NCBI GenBank assembly: GCA_030390025.1
Contig: CM059432.1
Location: 28,646,001 to 28,710,000, forward strand
Source of the DNA: Squalus acanthias
Taxonomy: Eukaryota
Direction: 5' to 3'
Length of the DNA: 64,000 bases
The position numbers were made by a program, and so were the translations under genes. Each line of letters starts with the position of its first letter. Positions within the stretch are counted from its first letter, which is position 1. Under the pieces are notes generated by a model that worked only from the letters and a program-made list of their open reading frames with translations, was not told the origin of the DNA and did not search any database. Positions 10,535 to 21,333 of this stretch are shown in pieces.

Positions 10535-13500
10535 GACATGATTACAACTCAAAGAACAACACCTCATCTTTATATTAGGCATTTTACAGTCTTTCGGACT
10601 CAACATTGAGTTCAACAATTTCTTCAAAACCTCTGCCCCCATTTTTTTGCAGACGATTCTGCTATTCCCATTTACACCTCCTCTTGACCCATCTTTTGTT
10701 TCTTTACTTGCCGCATTACCATCTCCTTTCGCCTTTTACCATCATCCCTTTTGTCTTTTAATCACTCCTGTCTTCCACCCTATCGCAGACCTTCCCTTTT
10801 GTTCTTTCCTCCCGTCCCCTTTCCCTGCCTCTGTATTTGCTTAAAACCTGTTATATCTCTAACTTTTTCCAGTTCTGTCGAAAGCTCATCAACCTGAAAT
10901 GTTAGCCCTGTTTCTCTCTCCAAAGATGCTGCCTGACCTGCTGAGTATTTCCAGCATTTTCTGTTTATATTTCAGATTTCCAGCATCCGCTATATCTTGC
11001 TTTTCTAGTAGTGTTTAATTCACTGCCACTTCTCTTCCAGGAATGCCCACCTTGAAGAAGTTCTGCTTTTCTCTTCGACAGGATTTCCATTTGACTCTTT
11101 TACCTTGTTCATCTTCACTGCTTTCTGTTTCCCTTCTCATGTTTGATCAGGTATCTACCAAAACTCGCTTTCACAGTCACATCTCTTTCCTCAGCAACTG
11201 TCTCCATCTCCGACGTATTCCATGTGGATTCCAACTGAAATTCCACCCTTCATGTTTCGGATCCACTCATGATTACAGATATCTCCAGGATATTCAGCGT
11301 TCCTCGAACCACTGCTCTCGCCGTATCCTGAGATCCATGCTCGATGCCATGCACTGCCACATGCACACTCTCGACCTCTCTCTTCAGCGGCACTGACTCA
11401 CTCTATCTCAAAGCTGTCCTGGTTCACCATTCCATTTCATCCTTCGCCTCATCCGGCACTTTAACAAAAAACTTTTTTTCTTCCTTTCAGGCTCAAAGAT
11501 CGTAAGCTTCAACAACTCTTAGATACCAAAGCCCCTCCAGAACCTTCTTCCCCTTCACTTTCCTCTGACCCCATCCCTTCTTCCACTCTCACCCCTTGTC
11601 GTGTTTTCACTATTCCTTCTGACCTTCCCCTCTTTGACCCCAATCATTCCTCAGCAAAGGCTTCAACTTCATCCCCCTATGCCCCCACCTCAATGAATTT
11701 TGACCTCAGCATGACGCTGAGCTATTCTTCCATCGCCTTGGCCTCCACACCCACTTCTTTGGCCAGGAGTTTTCCCTCCGCACAATGGACACTTTCGCTC
11801 GTCTTCAGAATTCTCGTTCCACCTGGACCCCTCCCCCTGGCCTCTTACCCTCTCTAGATCTTTTCATTGGGAACTGCCGGCATGACATCGGCCGTCTCAA
11901 TTTCTCTGCTCCCCTCACTCACTCTAACCTACCTCCCTCTGAACTTGCAGCACTCCGTTCTCTCAGATCCAACCAGAACCTTGTCATTGAACCTGCTGGG
12001 AAGGGTTGCGCTGTTGTTGTTTGGTGAACCGACCTCTACCTTACAGAAGCTGAATGCCAACTCTCTAACACCTCCTCCTACCTCCCCTTGGACCATGACC
12101 CCACCATCAAAAATCAAGCCATTGTTTCCAAGGCTGTCACTGACCTCATCTCCTCTGGAGATCTTCCCTCCATGGTCTCCAACCTGATAGTCCTCCAACC
12201 CCGCACAGCCCGCTTCTACCTCCTTCCCAAGATCCACAAACAGGACTGCCCTGGCAGACCCAACGTTTCAGCCTATTCTTGCCCCATGGAACTGATTTCT
12301 TCCTATCTCAACTCTATTTTTTCTCCCCTTGTCCAGTCTCTTCCTATCTACATCCGCAACTCTTCCGACACCCTCCACCACTTTTACAGCTTCCAATTTC
12401 CTGGCCCTAACTGTCTCCTGTTCACCATGGACATCCAATCCCTCAACACCTCTATCTCCCACCAGAATGGTCTGAGGGTTCTCCGCTTCTTGCTTGAACG
12501 GAGGCCCAACCTGTCCCCATTCACCACCACCCTCCTCCGCCTGGCTGAACTTGTTCTCACATTGAACAACTTCTCCTTTGGCTCCACTCACTTCCTCCAA
12601 ATAAAAGGTGTTGCTATGGAAACCCATATGGGTCCTAGTTATGCCTGCATTTTCGTGGGATATGTGGAATATTCTTGGTTCCAGTCCTACTCAGGTCCCC
12701 TCACTGAATCTCTTTTATCGGTACATTGATGACTGTATCGGTGCCATTTCCTGCTCTCACCCTGAACTGGAAAGTTTCATCAACTTTGCTTCCAATTTCC
12801 ACTCTTCCCTCGTCGATCTTTGACTCTTCCCTTCCCTTCCTCAACTTCTGTGTCTCTATTTCTGGGGATAGGCTGTCGGCCAATATCCACTATAAGCTCA
12901 CTGATTCCCACAACTACCTTGACTACGCTTCCTTCCACCCCGCTTCCTGTAAGGACTCTATTCCAATCTCCCAGGTTCTCCATCTCCATTGCATCTGATC
13001 CGACGATGCCACCTTCCATACCAGTGCTTCCGATATGTCTACCTTTTACCTTAACCAAGGATTCCCCTCCACCGTGGTTGATAGGGCACTTGACCGTGTC
13101 CATTCCATTTCCCGCAATTCTGCTCTCACCCTTCCCCTCCCTCCCAGAACAAGAATAGGGTTCTCCTTGTCCTCACCTTCCACCCCACCAGCCTCCACAT
13201 TCAATGAGTCATTCTCCACACTTTCCACCGCCTCCAGCGTGATCCCACCACCAAACACAACTTCTCCTCCCCTTACAGCATTCCGAAGGGACCGTTCCCT
13301 CCTCGACACGGGTACACTCCTCTATCATCCCCAACACCCACTCCCATTCCCACGGCATTTTCCCGTGCAAGCGCCGGAGATGCAACACCTGCCCTTTTAC
13401 CTATTCCCTTCCTACCATCCAAGGCTCCAAACACTCCTTCCAGGTGAAACAGTGATTTACTTGTACTTCTTTTAATTTAATATACTGTATTCGCTGCTCA

Positions 13501-13597
13501 CGATGCAGTCTCCTCTACATTGGGGAGACCAAATGCAGATTGGGTGACTGCTTTGCGGAACACCTCCATTCATTCCGCAAGCGTGACACCGAGCCTC
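10535..13597 (+). mobile_element. Penelope-like retroelement (RT + GIY-YIG), decayed, preceded by pseudo-LTR
   Basis: RT motifs FYLLPKIHK..PGRP, FTMDIQSL, QIKGVAM...MGPSYA, RYIDD. GIY-YIG region C..C..C...FTCTS.NLIYCIRC..C.LLYIGET (13365-13570). 10535-11000 repeats the element's 3' end (EQHLIF.LG..Q..GLNIEFNNF), the typical PLE tandem arrangement. Confidence 0.92.
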
Positions 13598-13790
13598 TGG
13601 GATCTTTTACGTCTACCTGATAGGGAAGACAGGGCCTCAGTTTAACATCTCATCTGAAAGATGGCACCTCCGAAAGTGCAGCACTCCCTCAGTTCTGCAC
13701 TGGAGTGTCAGCCTAGATTTTTGTGCTCGAGTCTCTGGAGTGGGACCTGAACCCACAACCTTCTGACTCAGAGGTGATAGGGCTGACACT
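13598..13790 (-). mobile_element. Deu-domain SINE (SacSINE1-like), 5' half
   Basis: Reverse complement of the tRNA head and Deu core seen at 37180-37390. Confidence 0.8.
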
Positions 13791-14057
13791 GGTTAGAACC
13801 TAATTCCTCAAATCTCTCACTGCAAGACTTCCATCTGACTTTTTCCGACGTCATTGGTTCCAACGTAAACCACGACTTTTGGCTGCTTTCCTTCCATTTA
13901 CCAAATTTAAATAAGGCATATTGAGCAAGATACTGGAAGAAATCTCTACTTCTCTTTGAATGCAAACTTTAACTTCCAACTGAACCACTGGAACAGGCAA
14001 AACACTGCCTCAATTTAATGTGAATTAAATCTGAAAAGCATCACCTTCAACAATAAT

Positions 14058-16315
14058 ATGATAAGGCAGGATCTGGCCAAAGTGGACTGGGATCAGCTAC
14101 TTGTAGGAAAATCCACATCAGAGCAGTGGGAGTCTTTCAGAAAGGAAATAGAGAGAGTACAGCGCCAACATGTTCCCGTAAAGGTCAAGGGTGGGACCAA
14201 CAAGTCCAGGGAACCCTGGATGTCAAGGGATATACAAGAATGGATTAGGAAAAAAAGGGAGGCTTTTGGCAGATACAAAGGTCTAAAAACAGTGGAAGCC
14301 CAAGAGGAGTATAGAAAGTGCAGAGGGGTACTTAAAAAAGAAATTAGGAGAGCAAAGAGGGGGCATGAAAAAACACTGGCGGGCAAAATAAAGGAAAATC
14401 CCAAGGTGTTTTATAAGTATATTAAGGGCAAGAGGATAACCAGGGAAAGAGTAGGGCCCATTTGGGTCCAAAGTGGCAATCGGTGTGTACAGCCGGAAGA
14501 TGTAGGTGAGGTTTTAAATGAATATTTTGCATCTGTGTTCACTATGGAGAAGGACATTTTAGGCATAGAAATCAGACAGGGGGATTGTGATATACTTGAA
14601 CAAATTAGTATTGAGAGGGAGGAGGTACTAATGGTTTTAGCGGGCTTAAAAGTGGATAAATCCCCAGGCCCAGACGAGATGTATCCCAGGCTGCTGTGTG
14701 AGGCAAGGGAGGAGATTGCAGGGGCTCTGACACAAATTTTCAGAACCTCTATGGCCACAGGGGAGGTGCCAGAGGACTGGAGGACAGCTAATGTAGTACA
14801 TTATTCAAGAAGGGTAGTAGGGATAAACCAGGGAATTACAGGCCAGTGAGCCAAACATCAGTGGTAGGGAAATTATTGGAAAAAATTCTGAGGGACAGAA
14901 TTAGTCTCCACTTGGAGAGGCAAGGATTAATCAAGGATAGTCAGCATGGCTTTGTCAGGGGGAGATCATGTCTGACCAATTTGATTGAATTTTTTGAGGG
15001 GGTGACTAGGTGTGTGGATGAGGGTAGTGCAGTTGATGTAGTCTACATGGACTTCAGTAAGGCTTTTGACAAAGTCTCACATGGGAGACTGGTCAAGAAG
15101 GTAAGAGCCCGTGGGATCCAGGGCAATTTGGCACATTGGATCCAAAATTGACTAAGTGGCAGGAGGCAGAGGGTGATGGTCGAAGGTTGTTTTGTGACTG
15201 GAAGCCTGTGTCCAGTGGTGTACCGCAGGGATCGGTGCTGGGTCCCTTGCTGTTTGTAGTGTACATTAATGATTTAGATATGAATGTAGGAGGTATGATC
15301 AGTAAGTTCGCAGATGACACGAAAATTGGTGGAGTGGTAAATAGCGAGGAGGGAAGCCTCAGGCTACAGGGCGATATAGACGGGTTGGTCAGATGGGCAG
15401 AACAGAGGCAAATGGAATTTAAACCTGAAAAGTGTGAGGTGATGCAATTTGGGAGGACTAACAAGGCAAGGGAATACACAATGAATGGTAGGACCCTAGG
15501 AAGGACAGAGGATCAGAGGGACCTCGGTGTGCATGTACATAGATCCCTGAAGGCAGCAGGACAGGTAGATAAGATGGTTAAGAAGGCATATGGGATACTT
15601 GCCTTCATTAGCCGAGGCATAGAATATAAGAAGTCGCACAAAACCAGGTTATAGTCCAACAGTTTTATTTGAAATTACAAGCTTTCGGAGCTCTGCTACA
15701 GAATATAAGAGCAGGGAGGTTATGATGGAGCTGTACAAAACGTTAGTTAGGCCACAGCTGGAATACTGTGTGCAGTTCTGGTCACCACACTATAGGAGGG
15801 ATGTGATTGCATTAGAGAGGGTACAGAGGAGATTCACCAGGATGTTACCTGGGCTGGAGCGTTTCAGCTATGAAGAGAGACTGGACAGGCTGGGGTTGTT
15901 TTCCTTAGAGCAGAGAAGGCTGAGGGGGGACCTGATTGAGGTGTACAAAATTATGAGGGGCATAGATAGGGTAGATAGAAAGGAACTTTTCCCCTTAGTA
16001 GAGGGTCAATAACCAGGGGGCATAGTTTCAAGGTAAGGGGCAGGAGGTTTAGAGGGGATTTGAGGAAAAACTTTTTCACCCAGAGGGTGGTTGGAATCTG
16101 GAACTCACTGCCTGAAAGGAGGCAGGTAGAGGCAGGAACCCTCACAACATTCAAGAAGCATTTAGATGAGCACTTGAAATGCCATAGCATACAAGGCTAC
16201 GGACCAAGTGCTGGAAAATGGGATTAGAATAGATAGGGCTTGATGGCTGGCGCAGACACGATGGGCCGAAGGGCCTCTTTCTGTGCTGTATAACTCTATG
16301 ACTCTATGACTCTAA
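14058..16315 (+). mobile_element. CR1 LINE, 5'-truncated ORF2 with 3' tail
   Basis: ORFs 14058..14849, 14846..15151, 15136..15654 and 15722..16012 (KSPGPD, DFSKAFD, GVPQGSVLGP, KFADDTK, RPQLEYC); tail (ctctatga)n. Confidence 0.95.
15632..15699 (-). mobile_element. 68-bp insertion in CR1, probable Penelope terminal fragment
   Basis: 11-bp TSD AGAATATAAGA (15621-15631, 15700-15710). Removing the insert and one TSD copy rejoins the CR1 frame GIEYKSREVM. Confidence 0.7.
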
Positions 16316-17739
16316 TGCAGGACTCCCTCAGTTGATGAATGCACTATCCAGCATGAGTCATATAATACTAGAATGTACTTGGATTATGAGCTCAATCTCC
16401 TGGTAAGCTACTTGAATCTACAACCTTCTGATCCAGAGGTGAGAGTACTATCAAATGAGCCAAGAGTAGATGGTGAGGTTTATTCTTTAATATAAAATGC
16501 TTTCATTTTATGAGTTAAGCGCACCTAATGTTGTAAATATTTCCTGGCCAGTATTTTTTACAAATTAATATCATGTCACCTGATGTCATTAAGCCCACTA
16601 GATTGTGTTGCAGTTCACAACTCACTTCAGGATAACTGGTTTAATTTGCACCCAGCATGGTTCTCCAATGGCTCAGTTGCAAATGGGTGACCCAGTGTGG
16701 AACTGAGCCATACATAGTATTTACATCACAGAAACAGGCCGTTCGGTCCAACAGGTCCCTTGCCAAACTAGAGCAACTTCAAGTTCAACCGATCTGTGCT
16801 CAGTTTAGGTGGCTTTGAGGCAGGAGGGATGCTACAACTAAACTCAGAATCTCTGGGTTAGGAAGAGGGGGAAAAAAAACAGCCAGTGTTTCTGATCAAT
16901 ATTCAATCACCCATGTTGTGAGCAGATGTAAGGTTGAGGGCATGACTGAATTCAACACAAACTGACTAGTGGTCTTCTGAAGACGATAGCAGTCTCTATG
17001 TGCAGTGATTGAGAGTGGATGAAAAAAAAGGAGCACTAAGGATCTTCACCAAGTTTATTTAATGAGTAGCTGAGCAATACGGGTGAAGTGCATCCTAGGT
17101 TCAATCATTGGCCTATGCAACGTTAGCTAATCTCAACTGGGATGGTGATAGGATCAGAATACTTGGTTTCAGAGCTCTGAAATAGGTGTGGAAAATTGAC
17201 CAGGGATTCTGCTGTCCAGCAACCACTGCTGGATATAGGCCTGTTGGGAATTGGGTGAGGGACTGTGATACTACGTATAATCAAATAACTGGCCAACACT
17301 CTTTGTCAAGGCTGCCATATGAATAATGGCACCTGGCCTCTGCTCAGTGCCTCTAAAACTACCACATCTTCAGTGTCATACTATAAAATAAGAAGTGCCA
17401 TATCATTGGACCTTCTTGTCCAGTCATAAGATGCAATATAGCTGAAGACTTTTTTTTCTTGACAATATTCTCCCCTTTCTTCTTTCAGTCCTGAAGGGTT
17501 TGACTTCTTGCTGGGTCAGTGTCGAGGGAGCTTTACTCTGCATCTAACTTATACTATACCTGATCTGAGACTACTTGTTAGGACAAAGTAGAGGGCTCAT
17601 TAATCTGCACAAAACCTGGACTGTACCTGATGTGGGAGTACTTAGTGCTGATACTGAATAGCAGAAATGGGAAAGTATTCCATTTTCCAGCACTAAGATC
17701 TCTCTACTTGATCAGCACAAAAAGACTATAATAATTTAC

Positions 17740-17889
17740 CTGAAAGACTTAGTGTTTTCAGTCTGAATTCCATTCCGTACAGAATGACCAAGCACAGACT
17801 AGCATCCAGTTTACGTGCATCATCTGGGTAACGTTCAAAATCTCTCGAGTTCTTCCCAGGTCGAATTTCTTTAATTTCCCGAATGTCAA
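17740..17889 (-). CDS. PLCG1: Phospholipase C-gamma (PLCG1-like) coding exon, equivalent to exon 2 (N-terminal PH domain)
   Basis: Minus strand reads ttttcatatag|TTGACATTCGG...CTTTCAG|gtaaat. 150 nt, phase 1/1, translating (x)[49 protein letters not shown]. Matches the PLCG1 motif [12 protein letters not shown]...[15 protein letters not shown] as I recall it. Exact paralog uncertain. Confidence 0.92.
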
Positions 17890-17998
17890 CTATATGAAAA
17901 GAGAAAAGAAAAAATCTCAGGTTATTCTATGGTTTTTTAAATGAATAATATTAACAATGTTGTATCTGCATGCCCTTTCTGTCAATGTTTTCTATTAT

Positions 17999-18169
17999 GA
18001 ATTCCCATGCCCATATTTATAATGGTAACTGCCTATGTAAAACCTGTTAGGCAGTAATTACACCCTCCCGCCATTGGATGTGCTGCAGCATAAAGATTGG
18101 CAGCAGGATGTAATTATAGCAAGACAGGTTTACATGGATAATTTGATTATAACTTGGGCATAGGAATTA
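17999..18169. mobile_element. Fold-back MITE-like palindrome
   Basis: gaattcccatgccca...taattacaccctcccgcca, centre tgctgcagca, then tggcagcaggatgtaatta...tgggcataggaatt. Confidence 0.65.
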
Positions 18170-18284
18170 ATGGGAATACAAAAATAAAAACATAATGTAT
18201 GACTTTATAATGGGGACTGAATTAGTCTGCACACCAGGTCCAATGGGCTTCCTGCCCACTAACCCCACTTCAACTGAAGACTAT

Positions 18285-19180
18285 GGGGGAGAAATTTGGT
18301 ATCGTCCCATTTGGGGCGCAATTATCGGCTGGGCGCAAAGTTTAGCGCCTGGCGCTAATTATCGCCTCCGACTGCAAACTTGGCTTCTATCACCCCTGGA
18401 GGTGATTGGAGCGCTAAATCAGGCACTACACACCTGTCTTAAGGCGCTAAAGCCGAGGAATGAGGCGCTAACTCAGAGCGCTGGCAAAGCTCATGTGATG
18501 TCAGTTAGCAATGGAACACAGACACACTGGCGCCGGCCAGTTCTTAAAGGGGAGGGTCAATCTTGCTTTCCATCCACACCCTGCTCAATGCAGCCTTGAA
18601 TCTCGGCCTGGAGAGACTTGTACATCAAATCTGCTGGAAAGAACAATGGAGAGGCCCAGGGAAAGAGCTCAGAGTGCAGCCCCCAAAGTCTCTTCTAAAT
18701 CGATGCAAGAAAGGTCAAATCAAAATGAACCTGCAAAGTGCTGCTCAGTACCCAAAGCTCCTTCACACAGCGTTGAATCTCTCCAGAAGTCTCTCGCTCT
18801 CTCTCTCAGAACGCATGGTGCAAAAATGTCGCCGACAGAAAAAGTCAGGAAGCGGTCGTCTTTAAATAGCGCTCCTCCAGTCCCTTCCTGACTGTAAAAC
18901 GTTCCCCTCAACCTGTCGTTGCTAGCGGCAGGCGGTAAGGCAGGGGGCGCCACTCAATATCCGGTCCGGGGTGCTACCGGGGCGTTGTACGCTCGACTGA
19001 CGTCACGATCTGCGGGCGCAGGAGATCATGGCGGTAGTGTTTAGCGCTGCCACAAAATGTCTGGTCAATTTCGCAAGCGACGCAAACATCGCCGTGCCCG
19101 GGCGCTAGTTGCTTTGCGCCCCATTAGCGCCCTCTTAGGGCGCTAACGGGAGGCGCAAAGCAACCGAATTTTTCTCCCTA
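18285..19180 (+). mobile_element. Non-autonomous Harbinger-type element
   Basis: TIRs GGGGGAGAAATTTGGT / ACCGAATTTTTCTCCC, TAT on both flanks. Retains the start of a Myb/SANT-like ORF (MERPRERAQ at 18646). Confidence 0.8.
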
Positions 19181-19632
19181 TATTTAGTCTTCACTTCCTG
19201 TGTGCAATGCCACAGAAGATCAACTAGTAATATATTAACAATCTTACAGATTAGTTGGGCTGAATGGTCGGTTTCTGCGCTGTATATTCTATGTAAAATA
19301 AAAATGTTTAAAAATTACATATTTCACAATAACATGATTACATTTATCCATTAGTTGACTTCTGCATACTTTAATGCCTTCATCAAAGTTTTTATTTGAA
19401 GGCTTCAGCCTCTTCCAAAAAGCTTGAACTTGGACTTGATATTTCAGCCTTGAGCTATGATGTTGTGAACTGAATTTGGATTGTGCAGTCTGTACATGTG
19501 GCATGTGCTTTGTTGACAGTTGGAAAAGGTCAATGTTAATTGCATACACCTATGAAACAAATGCTCTATTTTCTAACATCTATGAAGCTGACAGACATTG
19601 AAAGAGAGCAAGGCAGACAGATGAATTTTTCT

Positions 19633-19828
19633 TTTATATATTCATTCATGGGATGCAGGCAACAGCATTTATTGGCCATCGCTAATTACCATTTCAGAGG
19701 GCAGTTAAGAGTCAACCACATTGCTGTGGGAGTCACATATAGGCCAGACCAGGTAAGGATGGCAGATTTCCTTCCCTAAAGGACATTAGTGAACCAAACA
19801 GGTTTTTAACAACAATGCAGTAGTTTCA
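19633..19828 (-). mobile_element. Short head-plus-tail derivative of the 5045-8250 LINE
   Basis: Same fused 5'UTR/tail layout as 2586-2876. Confidence 0.7.
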
Positions 19829-20070
19829 TCAAAGACATCAGAAACAGGGAAGAGGGTGATCGCATTCTCCGGAGATTTACATGCATATACGTGTATCATT
19901 TAGCACACATTATCCCCATCAGTTAACGCTTCCTGCGTCACATTTTCTGTGTCACACTTCAGCATTGCTTTAGCCAGATATGCAGATTTCTTGCAGTTGA
20001 TTGGCTCACATTTTGTATTTGCAAAAGAGCAACAACTGATAGCCAAAGGAGTAGGAGTTGGATGAATCAA

Positions 20071-21195
20071 ACATAAGAACATAAGAAATAGGAGCAGGAG
20101 TAGGCCATTCAGTCCTTCGAGCCTGCTCTGCCATTCAATGAGATCATGGCTGATCTTCTGCCTCAACTCCATTCACCGGCCCTATCGCCATATCCCTTGA
20201 TGCCCTGACTAGTCAGAAATCTATCGACTTCTGTTTTGAATATACCCAATGACTTAGCCTCCACAGCCCTCTGGGGTAGAGAATTCCAAAGATTCACTAC
20301 CCTCTGTGTGAAGAAATTTCTTCTCATCTCAGTCCTGAATGGCCTACCCTTTATCCTGAGGCTGCGGCCCCTGGTTCTAGACTCCCTAGCCAAGGGAAAC
20401 ATTCTCCCAGCATCCACCCTATCAAGCCCTGTAATAATTTTGTATGCTTCAATGAGATCCCCTCTCATTCTTCTGAATTCAAGAGAATACAGGCCCTGTT
20501 TACACAATCTCTTCTCATACGACAGTCTCGCCATCCCAGGAATCAATCTCGTGAACCTTCGTTGCACTCCCTCTATGGTAAGTATATCCTTCCTTAGGTA
20601 AGGAGACCAAAATTGTACACAGTACTCCAGGTGTGGTCTCACCAAGGCTCTATATAATTGGAGTAAGACTTCTTTACTCCTGTACTCAAATCCTCTTGTA
20701 ATGAAGGCCAGTATACCATTTGCCTTCCCAATAACTTCACATTTATCCACATTATATTCCATCTGCCATGTTCTCGCCCACTCACTGAGCCTGTCGAGAT
20801 CCCCTTGAAGCCTCTTCACATCCTCTTCGCAATTGACACTGCCACCTAGCTTTGTAACATCAGCAAATTTGGAAATGTTACATTTAGTCCCCTCATCCAA
20901 ATCAATGATATAGATTGTGAATAGCTGGGGCCCAAGCACCGATCCTTGCGGTACCCCATTAGTCATAGCCTGCCATCCTGAAAAAGACCCGTTTATCCCT
21001 ACTCTTTGTTTTCTGTCTGTTAACCAATTCTCAATCCATGCTAGTATATTACCCCCAATTCCATGTGCCCTAATTTTGTTCACCAACCTCTTGTGTGGGA
21101 CCTTATCGAAGGCCTTCTGAAAATCCAGATACACCACATCTACCGGTTCCCCTTTGTCAAATCCATTAGTTACATCCTCAAAGAACTCCAATAGA
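20071..21195 (-). mobile_element. CR1 LINE 3' part with in-frame internal deletion
   Basis: ORF 20163..21233: DFQKAFDKV, GVPQGSVLGP, KFADV, jump CEVI|GKANG; tail (ttcttatg)n. Confidence 0.95.
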
Positions 21196-21333
21196 AATGT
21201 GGGTAAATAAACTTCGAATAATAAACTATTCATGATACACGAAACAAGAAATCAAACAGGAGCAGTCAGCTAAATAAGAGTTGCAATGGTATGTTTTAAA
21301 AATAAATTAATTTAAAGTTATTAAAAAGATAAG

